This document shows, in pieces, positions 8,297-17,234 of a DNA stretch of 64,000 nucleotides. Source of the DNA: Candidatus Berkelbacteria bacterium (lineage in GTDB: Bacteria; Patescibacteriota; UBA1384; XYA2-FULL-43-10; CAINNR01). The stretch's first letter is position 1; each line of letters opens with the position of its first letter. The translations under genes were made by a program, and so were the position numbers. The notes beneath the pieces are model-generated. The model was not told where the DNA came from. It ran no database searches and was given only the letters and a program-made list of their open reading frames with translations. The stretch lies in contig JAPLVH010000006.1 in the NCBI GenBank assembly GCA_026397205.1, forward strand, positions 13,392 through 77,391, read 5' to 3'.

Positions 8297-9550
8297 TCAG
8301 CTTTCGATTATTCCGCCGCCCAAAACTTCGTCCCACTTCGCCCGACCAAAGCGGGCTTCGCGGGACGGGCTTCGCCCGTAAATCACCGCCGACTGGCCGG
8401 GTGTAATTGCTCGTTGTGGCTCGGCGAATATGACTTTGATGTTGTCGCTAGATCCTTCGACAAGCTCAGGATGACTTGTGATTTTACAAGTCACTTCCGA
8501 ATGCCGGTATCTGATTTTAACTGAAAGATTTGAATTCTGAATTATGAATTCTGAATTGTGAATAAAATTTAAACTATTGACAATCATTTCTTTTTTGAAC
8601 ACTTCATTGTTGCCGCCAACAATCAACTGATTTTTTTCTTGATTAAATCCAACAACATAAAGCGGTTTTTTATCTTTGATTTTTGATTTGTCATTTTGAT
8701 TTTTGATTTTTGATTTTTGATCTATTAACTTTCTCTGTCCAATCGTATAATTTAGCAAACCTTGATGCTGACCGACAACATTGCCTTCGATATCGACAAT
8801 TTCGCCCGGCAGAAAAAACTTTTCTGGCAAATACCGGCGCAAAAAGTTGCGGTAATCTTTGTCGGCAAAAAAACAGATTTCCTGACTCTCCGGCTTCTCT
8901 TTGACTGGCAAATTATATTTGATCGCCAATTTTCGGACATCGATTTTTTTCATCTCGCCTAGCGGAAATAAAATTTTCGCCAACTGATTTTGATTCAGCC
9001 GGTAAAGCATATATGACTGGTCTTTGGTTTCGTCAACGCCTTTCAACAAATGATATTCCTTTTTACTTTTTGATTTATCATTTTGATCTTTGATTTTTGA
9101 TCTTTGATTTATTCTGGCATAGTGTCCCGTCGCCAATTTTTCGCAACCGATTGCCAATGCTTTTTTCAGAAGCAAATCAAATTTTATTTTTTCGTTACAG
9201 ATAATGCAGGGATTTGGCGTCCGCAAATTTTGATATTCGGTCAAAAAATAATCTACGACAGCTTTTTTGAACTCGCTTTTGGCGTTTATAACATAAAATG
9301 GAATGTTTAATTTCGCCGCTACCGCCCGGGCATCTTCCAGCGCCTGATAATCGCAACAGTGGTTGTCGCGCCGACAAGTTTTGCCATCCGGGAATAAGGG
9401 ACTTGTCCCGCGAAGTCCGCCTTGGGCAGACGAAGTGGGATCGCTCCACAATTTCAAAAACAGCCCGACCAAGTCGTGCCCGTAATCCTTTAGGATTTTT
9501 GCCGCCACGGCGGAATCAACACCACCGGACAGGGCAATTGCTAATTTCAT
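8297..9550 (-). CDS. mnmA: tRNA-specific 2-thiouridylase MnmA, carrying two in-frame heptamer-repeat insertions
   Basis: 'MKLAIALSGGVDSAVAA' PP-loop, catalytic Cys motifs, 417 aa. Inserted peptides 'KSKIKDQNDKSKSKKEY' and 'DQKSKIKNQNDKSKIKDKK' are encoded by (TGATTTT)n tracts. Confidence 0.85.
   Translation of the reverse strand: MKLAIALSGGVDSAVAAKILKDYGHDLVGLFLKLWSDPTSSAQGGLRGTSPLFPDGKTCRRDNHCCDYQALEDARAVAAKLNIPFYVINAKSEFKKAVVDYFLTEYQNLRTPNPCIICNEKIKFDLLLKKALAIGCEKLATGHYARINQRSKIKDQNDKSKSKKEYHLLKGVDETKDQSYMLYRLNQNQLAKILFPLGEMKKIDVRKLAIKYNLPVKEKPESQEICFFADKDYRNFLRRYLPEKFFLPGEIVDIEGNVVGQHQGLLNYTIGQRKLIDQKSKIKNQNDKSKIKDKKPLYVVGFNQEKNQLIVGGNNEVFKKEMIVNSLNFIHNSEFIIQNSNLSVKIRYRHSEVTCKITSHPELVEGSSDNIKVIFAEPQRAITPGQSAVIYGRSPSREARFGRAKWDEVLGGGIIES
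8670..8725. repeat. (TGATTTT)n heptamer tract, in frame inside mnmA
   Basis: 'tatctttgatttttgatttgtcattttgatttttgatttttgatttttgatc'. Confidence 0.7.
9061..9112. repeat. (TGATTTT)n heptamer tract, in frame inside mnmA
   Basis: 'ttttactttttgatttatcattttgatctttgatttttgatctttgattt'. Confidence 0.7.
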
Positions 9551-9651
9551 AATTGAGAGTTAAGAATTCAGAATGCAGAATGTAATTTAGAATTGAGAAT
9601 TTTTCAAAACAAAATCCCCTTCCGCAATTCTAAATTCTGAGATCTTAATTC

Positions 9652-10443
9652 TTAATTGTTTCTACTAAATAATTCATTCCTTCGGACCATCGCAACCAAA
9701 AGTTCGTGCAAAATCGGCGTTCGAAGCTGAGTTTTATACTCGGAAAGTGCTTGAAATTTTGTATCTTCCTCCGATTGACTTAAAGATAATTTCTGCCAGT
9801 TGTGGTTACCATTTGCTAATCGTTTTGGCGGCGTCAAAAATTTATCTTCATGCAAACCAATTGGTCGCGGGTAAAAAGTCGAATGAACCAAATATGAATA
9901 GCCGCTGGCATTTTGGTAATTTGGCAAAAGATTTTTGACTGTTTGACCGATAAATTTGTGATCAGGATTTTGATCCGACGAATCGGGGTAGATAATTATC
10001 GTTGGCGAAAAATTATCAATCTGATTTTTCAACATCGCCGATAAGTCAGCGGCGGAAACTTTTTTTGCCAGATAAAATTCCGGCTGATTCAAAAAAACCA
10101 GGTCGGATGATGATAATCCTAAAATTTCCGCTACTTTTTGAAACTCCGCCCGGCGCTCGGCACCTAAACCGCGACGATTACCATCGGTAACCAGAACGAC
10201 TTCGACTTTGGCGCCAAGATTTTTTGCTTTGACGATAGCTCCACCGGTGGCGATCGTTTCGTCATCCGGGTGTGGTGAAAAAACTAAAACTCGGTCGGAA
10301 CTTTTTATCTGAATCTCCGCCATATTTTCGATCGACGATTGCGGCAAAACCGAATAAAAATGACGATAAACTAGGTAACCGGCAAGTGCCAAAATAGCAA
10401 CGCTGAAAACAATCCAGAGAAATTTTTTAGAAAGAAATTTCAT
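9652..10443 (-). CDS. PIG-L/LmbE family N-acetylglucosaminyl deacetylase, with N-terminal TM anchor
   Basis: 'VFSPHPDDETIATGG' signature of the LmbE-like (PIG-L) family; 263 aa. Confidence 0.7.
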   Translation of the reverse strand: MKFLSKKFLWIVFSVAILALAGYLVYRHFYSVLPQSSIENMAEIQIKSSDRVLVFSPHPDDETIATGGAIVKAKNLGAKVEVVLVTDGNRRGLGAERRAEFQKVAEILGLSSSDLVFLNQPEFYLAKKVSAADLSAMLKNQIDNFSPTIIIYPDSSDQNPDHKFIGQTVKNLLPNYQNASGYSYLVHSTFYPRPIGLHEDKFLTPPKRLANGNHNWQKLSLSQSEEDTKFQALSEYKTQLRTPILHELLVAMVRRNELFSRNN

Positions 10444-10865
10444 TTTTTAAGTATCTTAAGTTGCTTAATTTTCTTCCGATAATCTTTTATCGCTTTCCTC
10501 ACCCCCTCTTCGGCCAAAATTGAGCAGTGGTATTTTGCCGGCGGGAATTTGCCCATCTCGGCGGCGATCTGTTTTGATGTTAGCTTTAACGCTTCTTCAA
10601 GTGATTTACCTTTCACTAGTTCGGTCGCAATAGACGACGAAGCAATCGCCGCCCCACAGCCCAAGGTTTGGAATTTGATGTCGGAAATGTATTCTTCTGG
10701 CTTACCGCTTACTAGCTTACGACTTACGACTTTTATAAAAATTCGCATAACATCCCCGCAATTCGGATTGCCGACAGTTCCGACGCCGTCGGCACCTTTA
10801 ATCTCACCGAGATTTCTCGGGTTTCGAAAATGCTCCATTATTTTTTCACTATATAAATTTTCCAT
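10440..10865 (-). CDS. iscU: Fe-S cluster assembly scaffold IscU/NifU-like, with an internal heptamer-derived insertion
   Basis: Three conserved Cys: 'NPNCGD', 'LGCGAA', 'YHCS'. Insert 'KVVSRKLVSGKP' is encoded by a (GCTTAC)-type tract at 10701-10730. Confidence 0.8.
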   Translation of the reverse strand: MENLYSEKIMEHFRNPRNLGEIKGADGVGTVGNPNCGDVMRIFIKVVSRKLVSGKPEEYISDIKFQTLGCGAAIASSSIATELVKGKSLEEALKLTSKQIAAEMGKFPPAKYHCSILAEEGVRKAIKDYRKKIKQLKILKK

Positions 10866-10871
10866 CTTTAT

Positions 10872-10903
10872 TCTTAAAAATCTTAAGTGGCTTAAGTTAC
10901 TTA
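10872..10903. repeat. Operon-junction palindrome (CTTAAGTGGCTTAAG variant) between the iscS stop and the iscU start
   Basis: 'tcttaaaaatcttaagtggcttaagttac'. No Shine-Dalgarno before the iscU ATG. Confidence 0.55.
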
Positions 10904-12142
10904 TTTCATCGGTGACATATTTCTAAGTTTTTCGACGATTTTTGGCATTACTTCCAATACCTTACCAATTTCCGCCTTGGTTGTCGAGCGGCCGAGGGTG
11001 AAACGAATCGAGCCGTGACACTGCTCTGGGTGCAAACCCATCGAAATCAGGACATGAGACGGCTCAAGCGAGCCGGAGGTGCAAGCCGAACCGGTCGAGG
11101 CGGCAATATTTTCCATATCAAGATTCAATAAAATTGATTCGCCTTCGGCATTCAAAAAAGAGATGTTGACATTCGCCGGCGACCGAAACTCCCGGCTACC
11201 GTTCAAAAATGAATTTGGAATTTTCAAAAGTCCATCGATTAATCCGTTTCTTAAATTTTCAATTCCATTTTTATTATTTATTATTTTTGATTTATTATTT
11301 AAAATTTCCACCGCTTTCCCAAACCCAACAATTCCCGCAACATTCTCCGTCCCGGCTCGCTTTTTATACTCCTGTCCGCCACCAACAATTTGCTGTTTGA
11401 TTTCGACCCCGTCGCGAAGATATAAAAGTCCGACACCTTTGGGTCCGTAAATTTTGTGTGCCGACAGCGTCAAAAGATCAACATGCAAATAGTCAACATT
11501 CATTTCAAAATACTCCGCCGCCTGCACCGCATCAGTGTGAAAAAAAATCCTACCGATATTTTGATCTTTGATCTTTGATTTTTGATTTTGTTTTTCAATC
11601 ATTTTCCCGATTTCCCGAATTGGCTGAACCGTTCCGATTTCGTTGTTGACATACATAATTGAAACCAATACTGTGTTTTTTTTGATTGCCGCCTCGACGT
11701 CGGCAACTTCGATAATTCCGTCGCGATTCGGCTTAACATATGTCGCTTCAATTTTCCCCTCTTCCTCCAACTCCTTGACCGACTGCAGCACCGCATGATG
11801 TTCAAACACACTGGTGATAATATGTGGTTTTTGGTTTTCTTTTTCTATTTTTACTCTGTCATTTTGCATTTTGATTTTTGATATTTGATTTTCTATAATT
11901 CCTCTTATCGCCAAATTGTCGGATTCCGATCCACCCGAAGTGAAAATAATTTCCTCCGTTTTGCAATTCAAAAACTCGGCAATTTTTCGCCGCGCTTCAT
12001 CAACGGCAAAACGCGCTTCCTGGCCGAGACCGTGAATCGAGGACGGATTTCCAAACTTATCGCTAAAATATGGCAGCATCTTTTTCAGCACATTATCATC
12101 CACCAAAGTCGTAGCCGCGTGATCTAAATATATTTTTTTCAT
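10901..12142 (-). CDS. iscS: Cysteine desulfurase IscS/NifS, with two in-frame heptamer insertions. The likely start is M at 12142; the tool ORF extends to 12166 through repeat sequence.
   Basis: 'MKKIYLDHAATT', PLP-Lys motif 'SAHKIYGPKGVGLLY', C-terminal catalytic Cys 'SACTSGS'. Inserts 'QNQKSKIKDQNIG' and 'ISKIKMQNDRVKIEKENQ'. Confidence 0.85.
   Translation of the reverse strand: MKKIYLDHAATTLVDDNVLKKMLPYFSDKFGNPSSIHGLGQEARFAVDEARRKIAEFLNCKTEEIIFTSGGSESDNLAIRGIIENQISKIKMQNDRVKIEKENQKPHIITSVFEHHAVLQSVKELEEEGKIEATYVKPNRDGIIEVADVEAAIKKNTVLVSIMYVNNEIGTVQPIREIGKMIEKQNQKSKIKDQNIGRIFFHTDAVQAAEYFEMNVDYLHVDLLTLSAHKIYGPKGVGLLYLRDGVEIKQQIVGGGQEYKKRAGTENVAGIVGFGKAVEILNNKSKIINNKNGIENLRNGLIDGLLKIPNSFLNGSREFRSPANVNISFLNAEGESILLNLDMENIAASTGSACTSGSLEPSHVLISMGLHPEQCHGSIRFTLGRSTTKAEIGKVLEVMPKIVEKLRNMSPMK
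11558..11598. repeat. (TGATYTT)n heptamer tract, in frame inside iscS
   Basis: 'ttttgatctttgatctttgatttttgattttg'. Confidence 0.7.
11848..11895. repeat. Heptamer tract (GTCATTTTGCATTTTGATTTTTGATATTTGATTTTC), in frame inside iscS
   Basis: Same arm sequence as in the complete elements at 12.2, 23.2 and 26.0 kb. Confidence 0.7.
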
Positions 12143-12300
12143 AAGAAATAAAAAATAAAAAATCAAATATTAAAATGATAAATCAAAATTCAAAAAGGAT
12201 TTCTGGAATCTTTTTCTTTTTTACTCCGTCATTTTGCATTTTGATTTTTTCTAGCTTCAGCTGACCCTGCGGGGATATTTGCATTTGCAATCCTTCGCAA
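12142..12300. repeat. Complete heptamer-array mini-element: left arm (AAAATCA-like)n, central unique segment, right arm (TGATTTT)n, plus a GATAGCTGACCCTGCGGGGA-type module. It overlaps the iscS 5' end and the 3' end of the Phd-like ORF.
   Basis: 'aaaaatcaaatattaaaatgataaatcaaaattcaaaaagg ... ccgtcattttgcattttgattttttctagcttcagctgaccctgcggggatatttgc'. Confidence 0.65.
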
Positions 12301-12480
12301 ATCCTCCATGCATTTTTTACAACCACTACCGGAAACCGCCGACTCAAATTCTTCTTTTGGCAACAAAAACGCCACCGGCTTTGAATAGCGACTGACTTGA
12401 TAAATTTCACCCGCCTCGACCTCTTTCATTACTTTCGAGATTTGATTTTGTAGCTGGTTGATATTAATTTGTTTCATCAT
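12229..12480 (-). CDS. Phd/YefM-family antitoxin-like protein. No cognate toxin gene is evident. The C-terminus is read through the repeat element.
   Basis: N-terminal 50 aa 'MMKQININQLQNQISKVMKEVEAGEIYQVSRYSKPVAFLLPKEEFE' fits the Phd/YefM pattern (sEar.nls.ll..v..ge.v.itr.gkpvAvLv). The ORF terminates inside the mini-element. Confidence 0.45.
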   Translation of the reverse strand: MMKQININQLQNQISKVMKEVEAGEIYQVSRYSKPVAFLLPKEEFESAVSGSGCKKCMEDLRRIANANIPAGSAEARKNQNAK

Positions 12481-12626
12481 TTTCCGAAATTAGTTATTCG
12501 TTATTTGGACCATTCGTCATCCATTTCTGTCATTTCTAATATAACATTTGACCTAACATTTTGTCAAGCATTGCTTTCTGTAAATTTAATTGCTATTATT
12601 GAGATAACCAAACGGAGGTGTTGGCG

Positions 12627-13004
12627 ATGGCACATGTCCGAACACATAGCATTTTCCCCCGGTTTTTGCGCCGTTATATTGAGAAATTCTATCGGCGACA
12701 AAATAACTTCAAAATCGGATTCTATCGGCTAGCGGGAAAAAAGATATTCTTAGACAGCTCTGTTCGAATGCAATTGTGGTCCGATCTAGTGGAAATACTG
12801 GAAAAAGCTGGTTGTCTGATTGTTGACAGCCAGCCAAATTCGGATATCCGTATCAGATTTCATGGCGGAATGTTGATAGCTAGCTTCAAAAACCGTCCGC
12901 ACAACGGAATGGCATCGCCGATTTACAGCAACATCGGATCCAGCGTAAAAATATTCTTTTTCAACTTGGCGGAAAAATTCGGTGGCTTCACCACGGCTGG
13001 CTAG
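12627..13004 (+). CDS. Hypothetical protein (about 126 aa), transcribed divergently from the Phd-like gene
   Basis: GGAGG 9 nt upstream of the ATG at 12627 (tool start 12618). The terminator hairpin overlaps the stop. No recognisable domain. Confidence 0.45.
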   Translation: MAHVRTHSIFPRFLRRYIEKFYRRQNNFKIGFYRLAGKKIFLDSSVRMQLWSDLVEILEKAGCLIVDSQPNSDIRIRFHGGMLIASFKNRPHNGMASPIYSNIGSSVKIFFFNLAEKFGGFTTAG

Positions 13005-13018
13005 CTGTGGTTTTTTTA
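12991..13018 (+). terminator. Rho-independent terminator
   Basis: 'ccacggctggctagctgtgg' hairpin + TTTTTTT. A second inverted repeat (tgtgtaatt...aattacaca) follows at 13024-13060. Confidence 0.5.
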
Positions 13019-13107
13019 TAATTTGTGTAATTAGCTCACGATCGGAAGTGAATTACACAAATCTGAGACCAAATAGTTCTCGCTTAGACACTCGAACGAT
13101 AAAAAAT

Positions 13108-13896
13108 TTAATTGAGTCCAAAAAGTGTCATCGCTTTTTTGGTTGTTGTTCGCTCGACTTCGGTCAAAGAAACTTTTTTAATTCTGGCGATCTCTTCAGC
13201 GACGCGAACGACAAAAGCCGGCTCATTTCTTTTGCCGCGGTACGGCTCCGGCGCCAAATACGGGCAATCGGTTTCGATCATCATCGCACCCAAGGGAATT
13301 GACTCAATCAAAACCTCTCGCGAGCTGTCGCGACCAAAAGTGATATTGCCGGTGAAAGAGATCGCCATTCCGAGCTCCAAAATCTTTTTGGCGAATTCGT
13401 TGTCGCCGGAAAAACAGTGTAGAACGCCACGGATATCTTTTTGGTAGCTTTTGAGGATGGCGTAAATATCGCTTTCGGCTTCGCGGCAGTGAATAATTAC
13501 CGGCTTTCGGAGCTCGATCGAAAGATCCAACATTTGCTCGAAACAAAAAATCTGTTTCTCTCTTGTCGGATATTTTGAAAATTGCGACGAGCGTTTTAAG
13601 TAATAATAATCAAGACCGATTTCACCGACAGCGACAACTTTCGGGTGGGCGGCCAGAGTAAAAAGTCGTTGTTTGGTTTCAATGTCTAGGTCGTTAGCCG
13701 AGTGTGGGTGGACGCCGACGGCGGCGAAGATCTCCGGATACTTTCGCGCCAGATCAACCGATTTTTTTGACGACTCAAAATCAACGCCGACATTGATAAT
13801 TCGACCGACATCATTTTCACCAGCCCGACCCAAAACCTCATGAACTTCGTTTTTGAAGTCGGGAAAATCAAGATGTGTGTGAGTATCGATAAGCAT
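13108..13896 (-). CDS. tatD: TatD-family metal-dependent DNase/hydrolase
   Basis: 'MLIDTHTHLDFPDF' start, conserved His/Glu/Asp positions ('HCFSG', 'ETDCPYLAP'). 262 aa. Confidence 0.85.
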   Translation of the reverse strand: MLIDTHTHLDFPDFKNEVHEVLGRAGENDVGRIINVGVDFESSKKSVDLARKYPEIFAAVGVHPHSANDLDIETKQRLFTLAAHPKVVAVGEIGLDYYYLKRSSQFSKYPTREKQIFCFEQMLDLSIELRKPVIIHCREAESDIYAILKSYQKDIRGVLHCFSGDNEFAKKILELGMAISFTGNITFGRDSSREVLIESIPLGAMMIETDCPYLAPEPYRGKRNEPAFVVRVAEEIARIKKVSLTEVERTTTKKAMTLFGLN

Positions 13897-13902
13897 TTTT
13901 TA

Positions 13903-13934
13903 CCTAAGTTGCTTAGGTGACTTAAGTGACTTAG
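13903..13934. repeat. Operon-junction palindrome (two copies, CCTAAGTTGCTTAGG + TGACTTAAGTGACTTAG) between the upstream gene stop and the tatD start
   Basis: 'cctaagttgcttaggtgacttaagtgacttag'. Confidence 0.6.
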
Positions 13935-13935
13935 A

Positions 13936-14775
13936 TTATCTAAAGAAGCTAACCCAAACCACCGTCGCGATTATGATTGCCGAGGCGATAATATCCCGTT
14001 TTTTCAGATTCTCCTTAAAGTAAAAGGCGGAAAAAAAGTAGACCAGGAGCGGACCCAAAACCAGAATGATCGTCGTTTCAACAACGCCAAGCCGGGCAAA
14101 GCCGTAAAATTTCAAAACCATTTGCACGACACCAAAAGCCGCCGACAAAATTATATAAGCAAAACAGCGTGCCGGCATTGCCAAAAGTTTCGGTCGCCAA
14201 AAGATTAGGAATATAATTGCCATCACCGAAGTTCGGGCAAAATAGAGCGACGCCGGTGAAAAAACGCCGAGAAGCATTTTAATAATGATTGATTCGAGCG
14301 ACATTAAAAGCATCGCTAGCACGATGACGCCGGTGTTACGGCTGATTTGCAGGTGATGATGGCGGAATCGTGAAGCGACCAAAACAATCGAAGCAATACC
14401 ACCGGCAATGAATAGCGGCAAATTCCGCTCATTTGGAAGAAAAATTTCGGAAAAAACGATGGTGAACAGCGGCGCCAAAAGCATTACCATTTCAAAATTG
14501 TGAATCTCCTCCGACTGAATTCCGCGATAATAAAACGAGTTCCAGGTGATGGCGACAATAATCATTGCCAAAAATAGCAAGATATATTTCGTCGTAAATA
14601 GTAACTGCCAGTTGACGACACCGAATTTCGGCAGAAGAAAGGCAGTGATAACTGCCAACCACAAAAAAAGTAGCGGCACAAATCGCTTGACCGGAATTTT
14701 ATAGCGGGAGAGGACAACCTTGTCAACAACCACCCCGCCGGCATAGCCAATTGCAGCGATGAATGATTCAATCAT
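13936..14775 (-). CDS. Polytopic membrane protein, possibly an EamA/DMT-type transporter
   Basis: 279 aa, about 9-10 hydrophobic helices in two halves. No diagnostic motif recognised. Confidence 0.35.
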   Translation of the reverse strand: MIESFIAAIGYAGGVVVDKVVLSRYKIPVKRFVPLLFLWLAVITAFLLPKFGVVNWQLLFTTKYILLFLAMIIVAITWNSFYYRGIQSEEIHNFEMVMLLAPLFTIVFSEIFLPNERNLPLFIAGGIASIVLVASRFRHHHLQISRNTGVIVLAMLLMSLESIIIKMLLGVFSPASLYFARTSVMAIIFLIFWRPKLLAMPARCFAYIILSAAFGVVQMVLKFYGFARLGVVETTIILVLGPLLVYFFSAFYFKENLKKRDIIASAIIIATVVWVSFFR

Positions 14776-14831
14776 AAAAGTTCAAAATTAAAAGTGAAAA
14801 GTGAAAAATTATAATTTAAAACTTGAAAATA

Positions 14832-15110
14832 TCATTTAACCCTCAGTCCCGAATACTCCGAAAGAGTTTTCAAAGTTTCTCGGACCGACGGGTTGCCCGT
14901 GTTTTCAACATTAACCGAATAATTTTCCGCCAACTTGGTAATTACTTCGTCAGCCCAAGAAGGAGTCAAAACTTTGATACCGGAGAAATCAACGACAATC
15001 GTTTCCTTTTTGTCTACATCTCTCAAATGAGATGACATAACCAAAAACGCTTCTCTACCAGCCGGACGAGAAACCAAAATGTCACCAAATTTTACCAATT
15101 CAATTTTCAT
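14832..15110 (-). CDS. STAS-domain / DUF4325-like anti-sigma-antagonist-type protein
   Basis: 92 aa, 'IVVDFSGIKVLTPSWADEVITKL' resembles SpoIIAA-like STAS folds. Immediately downstream of a GHKL ATPase gene. Confidence 0.45.
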   Translation of the reverse strand: MKIELVKFGDILVSRPAGREAFLVMSSHLRDVDKKETIVVDFSGIKVLTPSWADEVITKLAENYSVNVENTGNPSVRETLKTLSEYSGLRVK

Positions 15111-15116
15111 AATATT

Positions 15117-15683
15117 TTAGTTAGAAATAATTGCCAAACAGCCGTTAATTTTTCCTGACTGACTAATTTTCATTTCATTATTTAGCTCGGCTTTGGCCGA
15201 ACCGGAAATGAAAACCAGATGGCTTTCTGTTTGTTTCACACTTTCTTTGACAAATTTCAATCCGTTACCACGAGACTCCGGTGCCCGACCGGAAATTTTT
15301 TCGTTGAAAGCAGTGTCCAAAGCTTCTTGATCATTTTTCAACTCCGGTTTTACTCGTTTCAAAGTTTTTAAAATTCCCTGGCCACGATCGGCTAAAATTA
15401 TTGTCAGCTTTTTGCCGTCAATTTCATAAGCGAAGAAAATTCCAACAATATCCGGCCAGTTCCCCAAATTGTGGTCGAATGAATTATTCCCAATCTCACT
15501 AGCGATTGCTGACAAAATATAAACATCGTTTTCCGGAATCTCAGAATTGTTGAGAAGAAAATTCACCATCGAATCAAATCGAGGTTGAAAAATGTCTCTT
15601 GTGGCACAATAATACTTTTCTTCGATTTGAAAAGCCGTGTCGGATTCTGCCCATTTTTGAGCCAAATTAATAATTTTTTTCAT
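15117..15683 (-). CDS. GHKL-type ATP-binding protein (anti-sigma-factor/RsbW-like serine kinase)
   Basis: HATPase_c boxes: N-box 'EIGNNSFDH', G1 'ADRGQGI', G2 'RGNGLK'. 188 aa with no sensor or transmitter domain. Confidence 0.6.
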   Translation of the reverse strand: MKKIINLAQKWAESDTAFQIEEKYYCATRDIFQPRFDSMVNFLLNNSEIPENDVYILSAIASEIGNNSFDHNLGNWPDIVGIFFAYEIDGKKLTIILADRGQGILKTLKRVKPELKNDQEALDTAFNEKISGRAPESRGNGLKFVKESVKQTESHLVFISGSAKAELNNEMKISQSGKINGCLAIISN

Positions 15684-15703
15684 GTTTTGATTATATCAGA
15701 AAT

Positions 15704-17131
15704 TTATTTCTCAATTCGTGGGAAAAGCGGTTCGGGTTTTAAGGTTTCCAGTTGATGTTTCATTTTGTCCGCGGTTTCCGGCATAAAGTAGGAAATCGGC
15801 GTGACCAGATTCGACAGCGACCGATGGACTTCCGACAAAACCTCAACCAGTTTTCCACTGTCGGACTTCGCCAACTCCCAAGGTTTACTTTGGTCAATAA
15901 ATTGATTTAATTCGGCAATGACTTTCCAAATTTCCGTTAGCGCTTGATCGAATTTCAATTCCTCGATCAGATTTAATATTTTTATGTTTGTTTCTGGTTT
16001 TTCTTCATTTGTTTCGGATTTCGATATTCGGATTTTGTATTTATTTATCATACTTATCGTTCTCTGCAGCAAATTCCCCAACCCGTTCGCCAGGTCAGAT
16101 TGATAACGTGCCGCCAATTTTTCCTCCGAGACATCGCCGTCTTGACCAAAAGGAACTTCACGCAAAAGAAAATAGCGAACGGCATCAACGCAATATTTTT
16201 CCGCAAGCTCTACCGGATCAAGAACATTGCCGAGCGACTTACTCATCTTTGCGCCACCGGAAGTAAAAAATCCGTGAGCGAAAACTTTTCGCGGAATTTC
16301 CTCACCGATCGCCAACAAAAGTGCCGGCCAAATAACGCAATGGAATTTGATAATGTCTTTGCCGACGAGATGTAAATCAGCCGGCCAAAAACGATGAAAT
16401 TCCCGAACATCTTCGCCATAACAGATCGCCGAACAGTAATTAAAAAGTTCATCGAGCCAAACATAAATCGTTTGATTTTTATCCCATGGCAAAGGGAGGG
16501 CAAATTTGGCATTTTGGCGCGAAACGGCGATGTCTTCCAATCCTTGCGAGATAAACGACAAAACTTCGTTCTTGCGTTCATCTGGTGCAATGATTAATTC
16601 GTCACTCTTGATTTTTTTTGTTAAAATTTCGCCATATTCCGACAGTTTGAAAAACCAATTTTTTTCCTTGACGATTTCCGGCTTCGTTTTGTGTTCCGGA
16701 CAAACTCCGTCAACTAAATCTGACTGTTTGACAAACGCCTCGTGGCCGACACAATACAAACCTTCGTAATCCTTTTCATACAATTTCCCCGATTCTTTTA
16801 GTTTGATGAAGAATTTTTCGACCGCTTTTTCGTGGCGCGGTTCGGTTGTCCGAATAAAATCATCGTTGGAAATGTTTAATTTTTTCCAAGCCGACTTAAA
16901 TTTCGGTGCCATCTCGTCGACAAATTCCTCCGGCTCTTTGCCGGCTTTTTCAGCGCTGGCGGCGATTTTGCTACCATGCTCGGCGACACCGGTCAGGAAA
17001 AAAACCTCGTCGCCGCGGGCGCGATAAAACCTTGCCAAAACATCGGCGGCGATTGTCGTATAAGCCGAGCCGACATGCGGTTTATCATTGACATAATAAA
17101 TCGGAGTTGTGATGTAAAACTTTTTGTTCAT
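15704..17131 (-). CDS. metG: Methionyl-tRNA synthetase, short form lacking the C-terminal tRNA-binding extension
   Basis: 'PHVGSAY' HIGH-type motif, 'KMSKSLGNV' KMSKS motif, 475 aa. Confidence 0.85.
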   Translation of the reverse strand: MNKKFYITTPIYYVNDKPHVGSAYTTIAADVLARFYRARGDEVFFLTGVAEHGSKIAASAEKAGKEPEEFVDEMAPKFKSAWKKLNISNDDFIRTTEPRHEKAVEKFFIKLKESGKLYEKDYEGLYCVGHEAFVKQSDLVDGVCPEHKTKPEIVKEKNWFFKLSEYGEILTKKIKSDELIIAPDERKNEVLSFISQGLEDIAVSRQNAKFALPLPWDKNQTIYVWLDELFNYCSAICYGEDVREFHRFWPADLHLVGKDIIKFHCVIWPALLLAIGEEIPRKVFAHGFFTSGGAKMSKSLGNVLDPVELAEKYCVDAVRYFLLREVPFGQDGDVSEEKLAARYQSDLANGLGNLLQRTISMINKYKIRISKSETNEEKPETNIKILNLIEELKFDQALTEIWKVIAELNQFIDQSKPWELAKSDSGKLVEVLSEVHRSLSNLVTPISYFMPETADKMKHQLETLKPEPLFPRIEK

Positions 17132-17168
17132 AATCCAATCGTATCAAATCGAAGTTCTCTCGTAAAGC

Positions 17169-17204
17169 TTGACAAAGCCAAAATTTTTGTGTACTATATA
17201 TAGT
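17169..17204 (+). promoter_or_regulatory. Strong sigma70-type promoter (TTGACA-17-TACTAT) overlapping a 12-bp palindrome, ACTATATATAGT
   Basis: TTGACA 17169-17174; TACTAT 17192-17197; palindrome 17193-17204. The same palindrome plus 'CCACGCT' recurs at 29365-29395. Confidence 0.6.
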
Positions 17205-17234
17205 AAACGACCACGCTCCACAGGGGGCGAGACG

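Noticed and set aside
10443-10470. Additional copy of the CTTAAG palindrome at the iscU 3' end
   Set aside because: Only a loose match (cttaagttgcttaa), and it lies inside the iscU coding sequence (LKILKK). I did not count it as a junction palindrome.
12183-12410. 75-aa ORF overlapping the Phd-like gene as a candidate toxin partner
   Set aside because: Its sequence is largely the translation of the mini-element in another frame (QMQISPQGQLKLEKIKMQNDG). It shows no RelE/YoeB/Doc-like features and overlaps the antitoxin ORF almost completely.
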